From: a bacterium
Lineage (GTDB): Bacteria > UBA8248
DNA: 64,000 nucleotides
Reading direction: 5' to 3'
Assembly (NCBI GenBank): GCA_965219955.1
Contig: OZ244799.1
Location: 544,001 to 608,000 of the forward strand
Position numbers and translations under genes: made by a program
Notes under the pieces: generated by a model
The model's input: only the letters and a program-made list of their open reading frames with translations
Told to the model about the DNA's origin: nothing
Database searches by the model: none
Shown here: in pieces, positions 43,595 through 52,180 of the stretch
Position numbering within the stretch: position 1 is the first letter of the stretch
How the letters are laid out: each line of letters starts with the position of its first letter

Positions 43595-45028
43595 ATGCCC
43601 CAAAATATCCTCGCCCCTCCCGTTCTGGAAGATTCCCTTGCGCCCGTCGAGACGCTGCGGCGCGTGGAGGTATTTCTAAGCGCCTTGGCCGCGCTTCCCA
43701 AGAAATCCTGGCGAGCCCGCCTGGATCCTCACGGCATCAAGGTGGAAGGGCCGGGACTCACCCGGGCCGCGCGTTTGTATGAAATCCTCGAAGTCCCGGT
43801 GGCGGGGCAGTCGGTCGTCCACGTCGTGGGGACGAGCGGCAAAGGCTCCACCGCGCTGATGCTGGCGCAGTCCCTCCTGGCGTCGGGCAAGAGAACCGCG
43901 GCTTTTTTCTCGCCTCACCTCACCTCGATCATCGAGCGTTTCTGGGTCCGGGGCCGTTTCGCCGAAGCCAGCCTCATCGGGCGGTGCGCGAAAGAACTCG
44001 CCGACGCCGCCGCGCAGATGGCGGGAGAACCCGGGTTCGGGCCGCCCTCGTTTTTCGAGTCGACGCTCGCGCTTTTGCTTCTGATGGCCAGGGAGGAAGA
44101 GTGTGAATACCTCGTTCTGGAAGCGGGGCTGGGGGGCGCATTCGACGCCACGAACGCCGTGGGACCCGGCGTCCTCGACGTGATCACCTCGATCGGCCTG
44201 GACCATACCGATCTGCTCGGCGATTCCGTCGCGCAGATTGCGCGCGACAAGGCCGGCATCATCACGGAGAGAGGCCGCGTCATCTCGCAAACCGTTTCGC
44301 CCGATGCGCGCGCCGAAATCGAGCGCGTCGCCTTTGAGCGCGGAGCCTGCCTGTTTCCTCCGCCCCGCGTGGAGAATCTGCGCCTGGCGTCAGACGGGGC
44401 TTTTTTCGATCTGGAATTCGACGACGGCGTCAGGTGGGAGGGTTTCACAACTCCCATGCCCGGCGCCCACCAGGCCCGAAACGCGAGCCTCGCCGCCGGG
44501 GCGGGCCGGCTCCTGGGGCTGGACGACCGGGAGGTGCGATGGGGCGTCGCCTCCGCGCGTCTGCCGTGCCGGATGGAGCCTGTCCAGTCCGCTCCCGTGG
44601 TCCTGCTGGACGGCGCGCACAACCGCGACAAGGCGCAGGCGCTGGTGGCGTGCGTCTCGGGCTGGGCGTTCGAGCGCCTCATTTTCGTTCTGGGCGCCGT
44701 GAACGACAAGGATTTCGCAGGGATGGCGGAAGTGCTCGCTCCTGCAGGGGATAAATTTTTCGTCACGATTCCTCCGGCAAGCGCACCAAGGCCCGGCCTT
44801 GCGCCGGAAGTATTTGCGCGCGCGCTCGAAGAGGCGGGGGCCGGCGGCGTGGAGACGCGCATCGACGCATGGGGGGCGCTCGATGAGGCGCTCGAAGAGG
44901 CGGGGGAGAACGACCTCCTCATCGTCACGGGGTCGATGTTCCTGGCCGGCGAACTCAGGCGCCGCTGGGTGAGCGAGGAGCGCATCGTGGAGAGCGGCAG
45001 CGCGTATCCCCCCGAGGCGCTCCTGTGA
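43595..45028 (+). CDS. folC: Folylpolyglutamate / dihydrofolate synthase
   Basis: HVVGTSGKGST, SPHL, EAGLGG.FDATN, IGLDH, DGAHN, TGSMFL. Confidence 0.85.
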   Translation: MPQNILAPPVLEDSLAPVETLRRVEVFLSALAALPKKSWRARLDPHGIKVEGPGLTRAARLYEILEVPVAGQSVVHVVGTSGKGSTALMLAQSLLASGKRTAAFFSPHLTSIIERFWVRGRFAEASLIGRCAKELADAAAQMAGEPGFGPPSFFESTLALLLLMAREEECEYLVLEAGLGGAFDATNAVGPGVLDVITSIGLDHTDLLGDSVAQIARDKAGIITERGRVISQTVSPDARAEIERVAFERGACLFPPPRVENLRLASDGAFFDLEFDDGVRWEGFTTPMPGAHQARNASLAAGAGRLLGLDDREVRWGVASARLPCRMEPVQSAPVVLLDGAHNRDKAQALVACVSGWAFERLIFVLGAVNDKDFAGMAEVLAPAGDKFFVTIPPASAPRPGLAPEVFARALEEAGAGGVETRIDAWGALDEALEEAGENDLLIVTGSMFLAGELRRRWVSEERIVESGSAYPPEALL

Positions 45029-45906
45029 GAGAGGGCCTGCGCTTCGAACCTGTGAAGTGGGCTCCTGCGCCCGCCGTGAAGTGCCGCGGGCGCGAGCTTG
45101 ATTTCGAGCGGGTGCGGGTCATGGGCGTCCTGAACGCCACGCCCGACAGCTTTTCCGACGGCGGAGATTTTTTCGACCTCGAGACGGCGCTCGGGCAGAT
45201 CGCGCAGATGACCGAAGAGGGCGCCGACGTCATCGACATCGGCGGCGAGAGCACCCGGCCCGGATCGAGCGGGGTGGACAAGGCGGAGGAAATCCGGCGG
45301 GTCATCCCGATTCTGGAACGCATGAACATGAATGAGGGGCCTCTCGTCTCGGTGGATACCTCGAAAGCCGGCGTGGCGCGGGCGGCGCTCGAAGCGGGGG
45401 TTCACATGATTAACGACGTCACGGGCCTTCGTGATCCCGGGATGCGCGCGGTGATCGCGGAGTCAGGCGCCGCAGCCGTCGCCATGCACATGAAGGGCGA
45501 GCCGCGCACGATGCAGGTAAACCCCGAATACGGGGACCTCATGGGCGAGTTGTCGGGCTATCTCCGCGAAAGCGCGCGGAGGGCTGAGGCGGACGGGGTC
45601 GCGTCCGTGCTGATCGACCCGGGCGTCGGTTTCGGCAAATCGTGGGATCATAACCTCGAGATATTGAGGCGGATGGGTGAGTTGAGGGAATTGGGCCGGC
45701 CTCTCGTCGTCGGCGTTTCGAGAAAGGGTTTCATCGGGGCGATCACGGGCGTCGAGGCGGCGGGGGAGCGGCTGATCGGCTCGAAAGTCGCCGAGGCCTT
45801 CGCCGTCGCCGGCGGGGCGGACATGATTCGCACCCACGACGTGGGGGCGGCCGTCGAGGCGGTGCGCATGGGCGAGGCGGTTCGCCGGGGAAGCGTTGAA
45901 GTTTGA
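45025..45906 (+). CDS. folP: Dihydropteroate synthase
   Basis: MGVLNATPDSFSDGG, DIGGESTRPG, IDPGVGFGK, SRKGF, RTHDV. Confidence 0.96.
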   Translation: MREGLRFEPVKWAPAPAVKCRGRELDFERVRVMGVLNATPDSFSDGGDFFDLETALGQIAQMTEEGADVIDIGGESTRPGSSGVDKAEEIRRVIPILERMNMNEGPLVSVDTSKAGVARAALEAGVHMINDVTGLRDPGMRAVIAESGAAAVAMHMKGEPRTMQVNPEYGDLMGELSGYLRESARRAEADGVASVLIDPGVGFGKSWDHNLEILRRMGELRELGRPLVVGVSRKGFIGAITGVEAAGERLIGSKVAEAFAVAGGADMIRTHDVGAAVEAVRMGEAVRRGSVEV

Positions 45907-45954
45907 AGGTGGTCTGATGCAGCCGCCCCTTTCCTGCTCGAATCGAACCGATAT

Positions 45955-46149
45955 GGGGTTGTTGAATAAGCCTTCTCCGCCTCATCCTGAGTAGCGGCGA
46001 AGCCGCGTATCGAAGGACGCCCTCTCGCTCGGCGCGAGGCGTTCGACTTCCCTCGCCCTTCGATACGCCGCCTTCGGCGGCTACTCAGGGTGAGGAAAAG
46101 GGTGTTGGCGATTTGTAGGGATCGCAGACGGAGCTTTTTCAACAGTTCC
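45955..46149. mobile_element. MITE-like element with REP palindrome cargo after folP
   Basis: GGGGTTGTTGAATAAG ... CTTTTTCAACAGTTCC; GATAT direct repeats at 45950-45954 and 46150-46154; palindrome 45980-46095. Confidence 0.75.
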
Positions 46150-46203
46150 GATATGGATGTTCTTGTCCTCATATATTCGTCATAAGGGAAGACCGGCGTC
46201 TTG

Positions 46204-47061
46204 ATGGAATACATTTTCGAGTTCTGGTGGATGCTGCCCGTCGCGTTTTGCGTGTGCCTCACGGCGACGAGCACGAGCGTGGAGGGCGCGGTTTTCTTCG
46301 CGCCCATATTCATCCTCCTCTTCCCCTGGGCGGCGGGCGTGACCATCGTCCCCCTGGAGGCCGTTTTTCTGGCGCTTTCCATCGAGATTTTCGGGTTCGG
46401 CAGCGCGCTCACCGGCTACATGAGGAGAAGGCTGGTGGATTACGACATCGCGAAAAAGGTGCTCGTCGTCTCCATCCCCGTGGGCATGGCGTTCGGGTTC
46501 CTGGCCCATTCGGTGCCCGCCGGGCTCATCCTGGGCCTGCTGGGCGGGATGATGGTGCTTCTCTCGGCCGCCATGCTCTTCGCTTACTTCCAGGGCGGAA
46601 TCCAGGAAGCGGAGCAGGCGGCGGAAACCGGAAAACCCACCCGGGTGGACGCCGCGGGCAGGAGGTACTGGTACCGCTACGAGCACGGGGCCTTCGGCTA
46701 CAGTTGGTCGGCCCTGGGGGGAGTCCTCGTGGGGTTTACGGGCATCGGAATCGGCGAACTCACGACCACCGCCCTGATCGTGAAGGACAAACTCCCCGTC
46801 CGCGTGGCGGTGGGCACGGGAATCCTGATCGTATTCGCGACGGTGCTGCCCGCCACACTGGTGCACGCCTACGTGTTCTCATCCGGCGAGGTGAACGTGC
46901 ACTGGAACATCCTGTTCATGACGATCCCCGCGGTCGCTTGCGGGGGGCAGATATCGCCCTTCATCAACAACCGCGTCGACGGCGAGAAGATGAAGGTGTT
47001 CCTCGCCTTCGTCTTCATCTTCGTGGGCGTGTTGCTTCTCTGGCGCTCGCTCGGCGGCTAG
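46204..47061 (+). CDS. TSUP (TauE/SafE) family membrane transporter
   Basis: About 8 TM helices with internal repeat (SVEGAVFFAP / GIGIGELTT), AVGT motif. Confidence 0.75.
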   Translation: MEYIFEFWWMLPVAFCVCLTATSTSVEGAVFFAPIFILLFPWAAGVTIVPLEAVFLALSIEIFGFGSALTGYMRRRLVDYDIAKKVLVVSIPVGMAFGFLAHSVPAGLILGLLGGMMVLLSAAMLFAYFQGGIQEAEQAAETGKPTRVDAAGRRYWYRYEHGAFGYSWSALGGVLVGFTGIGIGELTTTALIVKDKLPVRVAVGTGILIVFATVLPATLVHAYVFSSGEVNVHWNILFMTIPAVACGGQISPFINNRVDGEKMKVFLAFVFIFVGVLLLWRSLGG

Positions 47062-47071
47062 GCGCGATCAC

Positions 47072-48070
47072 TTGACTGACAGCACCCGGTCCGTCGTCGT
47101 CATAGGCCCAGGCGCCGTGGGAACCATGCTCGCGGCGCAGCTGCAGAAACACTTGCCCGAAGGCCGCGTGTATCTGGCCGGTTCCGCGAACCCGAGCCCC
47201 GAAACCTCCGCGCATCTCGATGCAATAGAAAACGAAGGCGTCAGTGTCCACGGCGAGGCGGACTATACGGCACGCCCCCTGGTGTGCCGGGGAGCCATGG
47301 GCCTCACGGCCTCGCACCTTTTCTTCACCGTAAAAGCGGGGCGAGTCGAAGCGGCGGCCGAAGAATTCTCAAAAATGGCGGGGGAGGGGACGATTACGGC
47401 CGTTTTCTCGAACGGCCTGGACGTTTGCGAGGACCTCCCGGGCTCTTTCCGGGAACACGGGGTGGTGCGTGGTCTGGTCAACACGGGAGCGGAGATCACG
47501 AAGCCGGGGCATGTGAACCAGTTCGGCGCGCTGGACGTCACCCTGGCCCCCGAGCCGGGAGCAGTCGAGGACTCCCCACACGTCGCGCGATTGGCGGAAT
47601 TCCTTGAACCTACGGGGATTCGCGTCCGCCGGAAACGCGACGGCAAGGAAGCGGAATGGAGGAAGGCGGCCGCCAACGCCGTCATCAACCCCCTGGGCGC
47701 CGCGCTTGAGCTCAGAAACGGCGAGCTGCTGGAAACCCCCTCCGCCGCGGTGCTCGTGGAGGCCCTGGCGAAGGAATTGCAGGCGCTCGTCGACTCGGAA
47801 GGCTTGGCGCTCGACGTTCTTGAGATCGTCCGCGAAACCGCGCGCGCCACGGCCGGCAACAGGAATTCCATGTGGCAGGATTTGATGCGGGGCCGCCGGA
47901 GCGAGATTCGCGAAGTGACGGGACGCTTCATCGAGCGCGCGGATGCGCGCGGCATCTTGTTTTCCGCCCATAAATCGCTGTATTATCGGGTATTGTCTTT
48001 AGAAAAAAGCTCTTCCTCCCACGATGCGCCTGGCGATGCGCGCCTTGACATCGAGGGAGGGAATTCATAA
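47072..48070 (+). CDS. panE: Ketopantoate reductase
   Basis: IGPGAVG, TVKA, NGL, WRKAAANAVINPL, NSMWQD..GR.SE; adjacent to panB. Confidence 0.85.
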   Translation: MTDSTRSVVVIGPGAVGTMLAAQLQKHLPEGRVYLAGSANPSPETSAHLDAIENEGVSVHGEADYTARPLVCRGAMGLTASHLFFTVKAGRVEAAAEEFSKMAGEGTITAVFSNGLDVCEDLPGSFREHGVVRGLVNTGAEITKPGHVNQFGALDVTLAPEPGAVEDSPHVARLAEFLEPTGIRVRRKRDGKEAEWRKAAANAVINPLGAALELRNGELLETPSAAVLVEALAKELQALVDSEGLALDVLEIVRETARATAGNRNSMWQDLMRGRRSEIREVTGRFIERADARGILFSAHKSLYYRVLSLEKSSSSHDAPGDARLDIEGGNS

Positions 48071-48073
48071 TCT
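48045..48073 (+). promoter_or_regulatory. Internal sigma70 promoter for panB, overlapping the panE 3' end
   Basis: TTGACA-17 nt-TAATCT. Confidence 0.6.
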
Positions 48074-48076
48074 TTT

Positions 48077-48175
48077 CAGTCCGTGCCGGGAGCCGCTGGC
48101 CCCGGACACATTGTGGGGAAAACGGAAGCATCTCAAAACTGGCCTTGCAGCAGGCGTTCACCCAACAAGAGGGAG
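48077..48175 (+). ncRNA. Probable pan RNA motif leader
   Basis: TCCGT(48080-84)/ACGGA(48122-26) stem with A bulge, followed by AGCATCTCA; immediately 5' of panB; resemblance recalled, not searched. Confidence 0.5.
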
Positions 48176-48180
48176 CGACC

Positions 48181-49053
48181 ATGAGCACAAAAAGCCTCGC
48201 CAAGCAGCATTCAAATGGTAAAACTTCCATCAACGGAAACGGCGCACCAAAGAAAGCGCGCAAGAAAATCACCACCTCCATCATTCTGGCGCGCAAGGGC
48301 GGGAAGAAGATCACCTCCGTCACCGCGTATGACTACCCCACGACGAAGCTCGTGGACGGCGCCGACGTGGACGTCATCCTGGTCGGCGACAGCCTGGGGA
48401 TGGTGGTTCTGGGCTATCCCGACACGACGAAGGTGACGCTCGACGACATGGTGCACCACACCCTGGCGGTGAGCCGCGCCAAGCCCAAGGCGCTGCTCGT
48501 GGCCGACATGCCGTTCCTGACCTTCGGGGTCAGCGCGCGCGACACCATTCTGAACGCGGGGCGTCTCATACAGGAGGGCTGCGCCGAGGCGGTGAAGCTC
48601 GAAGGCGGCGTCCGCGTCAAGGAAGAGATACGCGCGGTGGTGGACAGCCAGATTCCCGTCATGGGGCACGTGGGCCTCACCCCCCAGAGCGTCCATGCGT
48701 TCGGCGGCTTCAAGGTGCAGGGCAAGACCGATGAAGGGGCGGATCAGGTGCTGCGCGACGCGGTGGCCGTGCAGGAGGGGGGCGCGTTCTCCCTCGTGCT
48801 CGAAGGCATACCGGCGGCCCTGGGCGCTCGCGTGACGCGCGAGATCGATATCCCCACCATCGGCATCGGCGCAGGCCCCGATTGCGACGGCCAGGTGCTC
48901 GTCACCCACGACATGCTGGGCCTGTTCCGCGACTTCACGCCGAAATTCGTGAAGAGGTATGCCGATGTCGGGCATATGACCACCGAGGCGATAGACAGCT
49001 ACTGCCGGGAGGTGCGGGAGGGCGCGTTTCCCGCGGAAGAGCATTGTTTCTGA
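48181..49053 (+). CDS. panB: Ketopantoate hydroxymethyltransferase
   Basis: TAYDY, LVGDSLG, ADMPF, VKLEGG, HVGLTPQ, IGIGAG..CDGQVLV. Confidence 0.97.
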   Translation: MSTKSLAKQHSNGKTSINGNGAPKKARKKITTSIILARKGGKKITSVTAYDYPTTKLVDGADVDVILVGDSLGMVVLGYPDTTKVTLDDMVHHTLAVSRAKPKALLVADMPFLTFGVSARDTILNAGRLIQEGCAEAVKLEGGVRVKEEIRAVVDSQIPVMGHVGLTPQSVHAFGGFKVQGKTDEGADQVLRDAVAVQEGGAFSLVLEGIPAALGARVTREIDIPTIGIGAGPDCDGQVLVTHDMLGLFRDFTPKFVKRYADVGHMTTEAIDSYCREVREGAFPAEEHCF

Positions 49054-49086
49054 TTTTTCTCAGCGGGTAGACACGATGCTTTAACC

Positions 49087-49130
49087 AGAGGGCGGGCTCC
49101 CGAAAGGGGAGTGCCGCCTTCTCTTTTGTT
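49087..49130 (+). terminator. Intrinsic terminator after panB
   Basis: AGAGGGCGG.CTCCC-GAAA-GGGGAG.GCCGCCTTCT followed by CTTTTGTT. Confidence 0.7.
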
Positions 49131-49282
49131 GTTCACCAACCAGAGTTTCTCTCATGCGGTTCGCAGGCGCGCCTTGAAGTTTTCGGGCGAGGCGGGTTGC
49201 GAACCTTAGGCGAAAGCGTTTCCTGATCACGCAGGGGCGGATCAAGACCCCCGAACCCTGAGAAGACGCACGGCGGGGAGGT

Positions 49283-49999
49283 ATGCCCATGAAGGCGCTG
49301 GCGCTGGCCGTGAGGTTCTTGACGGTTTTGCCCTGGCCCGGCGCGCCCCGGGGGCCGGAAGGGGGAGACATGGCGCGCGCCCTCGCGCGATTTCCCTTCG
49401 TCGGGCTGCTTATCGGGGCGGTCCTCATCGCCCTGGACTGGGCGCTTGCGAGCGCTTTTTCCGTTTCCGTGCGGAGCGCCCTGCTCGTCTTCGCGCTCAT
49501 CGTTTTGACCCGCGGCAGCTCCCTGCGTGGCTTTTCGGATTTCGTGGACGCGCTGGGGCCGGGAAACGATGCAGGAGAAGGTTCAGCGGGCTCGGTGGGC
49601 ATACTGCTCGTTATCGGCGCGCTCCTGCTCAAATTCGCCGCCCTGAGCGAACTCCAGGGATATGAGCGCTACGTTGCGCTCCTGTTGTCGCCCGTTCTCG
49701 CCCGGGCGGCGATGGCCTGCCTCATCGCCTCGCCGCCATCCGTACAGCAAGCGGTGGGCGGCAGTCGGGAATTCGCTCGGCCGTCAAGCCCGCGGGAGGG
49801 ATACATCGCGCTGGGCTGGTCATTTCTGCTCTGCTTCCTCCTTGGATGGTTCTGGGGGCTCTTCCTGGCCATCGTGGCCTTGTGCGTCACATGGGGTCTC
49901 AAGCGCCTCCTTGACAAACCGGGGAGAGAAGTCAGAGATGCGCCCGGCGCCGTGAGTGAAATCGTCGAGACCATGACGCTCGTTCTTTTTTCTGCATAG
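49283..49999 (+). CDS. CobS-like membrane protein (degenerate motifs)
   Basis: FLTVLP, FPFVGLLIG, LLLKFAAL, GAVSEIVE CobS scaffold; GGAGGT SD. Confidence 0.7.
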   Translation: MPMKALALAVRFLTVLPWPGAPRGPEGGDMARALARFPFVGLLIGAVLIALDWALASAFSVSVRSALLVFALIVLTRGSSLRGFSDFVDALGPGNDAGEGSAGSVGILLVIGALLLKFAALSELQGYERYVALLLSPVLARAAMACLIASPPSVQQAVGGSREFARPSSPREGYIALGWSFLLCFLLGWFWGLFLAIVALCVTWGLKRLLDKPGREVRDAPGAVSEIVETMTLVLFSA

Positions 50000-50215
50000 A
50001 AAAAGTTTTTTCTGGTTTTTTCCCGTTCTGTTTCTAATTTTCCCCCACCACTCCCCACACTATTTTTAATTTAAGTTTAACTTCAATAAATTAAGTAAAT
50101 TTATTGAAGTTATACATTAAATAATTTGCCTGAAATAAGCGAAAAGAATATAAGATATTTCCTGGTTTTTCTTCATAGAAATCATTGTTTTTTATTGCTT
50201 TTCTAAATTTTCACC

Positions 50216-50280
50216 TTGACAGGCTTTTCGGGCCGGGGTATAAATTTAAACTCAAGTGGGAAAATATGGGATGAAGTGGG
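50216..50280 (+). promoter_or_regulatory. dcw promoter with three MraZ-binding TGGG repeats
   Basis: TTGACA-17 nt-TATAAA; TGGG at 50257, 50267, 50277 (10-bp period). Confidence 0.8.
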
Positions 50281-50293
50281 AGGTGCAGGGAAG

Positions 50294-50752
50294 ATGCTCA
50301 TCAGCGCCCATCCGGTATCGGTGGATGCAAAAGGCCGCGTCAGTATTCCGGCGCGGTTCAGGGAGCATCTGAGCGCCACTTTCGGCGACCAGGTCATTCT
50401 CCTCGGCAAGGACGGCTGCATTTTCGTCTATCCCGTTCAGGAATGGAAACGCAAGTTCAGCGAGAAACTCAAGGAACTCTCGACCTCGTCCAAAGAGGTT
50501 CGCCGCACGCTCCGAAGGCTCTATGGCCGCGCCGAATCGTGCGAATTCGATCGGCAGGGCAGGATCCTCCTGCCCGCAAAATTGCGCTCGAATTCTTCCA
50601 TCGAGAAGGACGCCGTTGTCGCGGGCATCGAAAACAGGCTGGAGATTTGGGACAAGGCGAAATGGAATGAGGAAGTGGGTGATGTGGAGGATGGGGAATC
50701 CGGGGGCGCCGAAGAGGAGTCTGCAGAAGATTTGATCGAATTCGAATTCTGA
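50294..50752 (+). CDS. mraZ: Division/cell wall cluster repressor
   Basis: DAKGRVSIP, DRQGRILLP, LEIWD duplicated motifs. Confidence 0.94.
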   Translation: MLISAHPVSVDAKGRVSIPARFREHLSATFGDQVILLGKDGCIFVYPVQEWKRKFSEKLKELSTSSKEVRRTLRRLYGRAESCEFDRQGRILLPAKLRSNSSIEKDAVVAGIENRLEIWDKAKWNEEVGDVEDGESGGAEEESAEDLIEFEF

Positions 50753-50851
50753 TGCGGGCTCAAGGGGGGAGCGGGGGTGTTTGCCGCACTGGAAAAATCC
50801 ATTTCAAGCGAATACGCCGCAGAAGAACTTTTTTGCGGTGAGAACGAGGAC

Positions 50852-51781
50852 ATGACGGCATCTCACGTCCCGGTCATGGTTCAGGAGGTTTTGCGCTTCC
50901 TGGCGCCATCTCCGGGCGCTGTGTTCTTAGATACTACCTTGGGCGGAGGGGAACACAGCGGCGCGGTTTTGGATGCGGTTCAGCCATCGGGTGTGCTGAT
51001 CGGCTGTGACCGGGACCGGGATGCCGTCGAAATCTGCAGGAAGCGGCTGTCGAAATACGGATCCGCCGCCAGGATTCATCACGCGCACCACGGCGAAATG
51101 AAGCGCATCGTGAGAGCCGAGGGGTACGAGTCGGTCGACGGCGTTTTGTTCGACCTCGGCCTTTCCTCGATGCAGCTCGACACGCCCGGCCGCGGGTTCC
51201 GCATGAACGCGCCCGAGCCTCTGGACATGCGAATGGACCAGACGCAGGGGCCGACCGCGGCCGATTTGCTCGAGCAATTGCCGGAAGAAGAACTCGCCGA
51301 TCTCATCTATCGATACGGGGAAGAACGCCACTCCCGCGCCATCGCGCGCGCCATCGGACGGGCGCGCGCGGGCGCGGGTGGAGGCGTGAAGCGTTGCGAT
51401 GAACTCGCGTCGCTCATCGCCACGGTCGCCGCCAGAAGGAGCGGCCGCCGCGGGAGGCGTTGGCGCATTCACCCCGCGACCCGCACGTTCCAGGCGCTGC
51501 GGATCGCCGTGAACCGCGAGATGGAGACGCTCGAGGATTCCCTGCGCGATGCGGTGGACCTCCTGCGCCCGGGCGGGCGCGTCGTCGTCATCAGCTTTCA
51601 TTCCTTAGAAGACAGAATCGTCAAGAATCTCTTTCGCGAACTCGCAGGCGGCGAGGAGCCGACCCTCGAAATCCTGACCCGCAAGGTCGTCCGGCCCGGT
51701 GAGGCGGAGGTGAGAGAAAACCCGCGCAGCCGCAGCGCGAAGCTGCGCGCCGCCGGGCGCCTCGGGGAAGACGCAGGATGA
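50852..51781 (+). CDS. rsmH: 16S rRNA m4C1402 methyltransferase
   Basis: HVPVM, DLGLSSMQLD, PLDMRM, HPATRTFQALRIAVN, SFHSLEDRIVK, NPRSRSAKLR. Confidence 0.96.
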   Translation: MTASHVPVMVQEVLRFLAPSPGAVFLDTTLGGGEHSGAVLDAVQPSGVLIGCDRDRDAVEICRKRLSKYGSAARIHHAHHGEMKRIVRAEGYESVDGVLFDLGLSSMQLDTPGRGFRMNAPEPLDMRMDQTQGPTAADLLEQLPEEELADLIYRYGEERHSRAIARAIGRARAGAGGGVKRCDELASLIATVAARRSGRRGRRWRIHPATRTFQALRIAVNREMETLEDSLRDAVDLLRPGGRVVVISFHSLEDRIVKNLFRELAGGEEPTLEILTRKVVRPGEAEVRENPRSRSAKLRAAGRLGEDAG

Positions 51782-52143
51782 GGCGCCCGAAAGCCCGGAG
51801 CGGGTGGCGAAAGAGGTTCGGCGCGCGGTTTTCCGGCGCGGCGTCGTCCGTCGGTTCGGGCGTTTCGCTGCTCAAGGCCGGCCTGTGCATCACTTTCATC
51901 GCGTGCAGCGCCGCCGCCCTGGTATGGCCGCACCTGGAAATGGTGAAGATCGGATATCGCCTGGCGCATCTGGAGCGGCAGCGGGCAAAGCTCTTGCAGG
52001 ACAGGCGCGTCTTGCGAATCGAAGTGGCCGCGCTCCGGCAGCTGGATCGCGTCGAATCGATCGCGCGAAAAAAAATGGAAATGGTTTTTCCGGAACCCGG
52101 GCAAATAGTGTATGTAATGGTAGGGCCCGGAAGGGTAGAATAA
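51778..52143 (+). CDS. ftsL: Cell division protein FtsL
   Basis: One TM helix plus coiled coil, R.E.IAR..M..P; between rsmH and ftsI. Confidence 0.8.
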   Translation: MRRPKARSGWRKRFGARFSGAASSVGSGVSLLKAGLCITFIACSAAALVWPHLEMVKIGYRLAHLERQRAKLLQDRRVLRIEVAALRQLDRVESIARKKMEMVFPEPGQIVYVMVGPGRVE

Positions 52144-52180
52144 CCGTTCCTTCCTCCCACCGCCCATAGCAGGTTGGCCC

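Noticed and set aside
40819-43701. 960-aa and other long minus-strand ORFs (e.g. 4826-6214, 57601-59373, 61200-62975)
   Set aside because: Antisense shadows of well-conserved GC-rich genes; no motifs.
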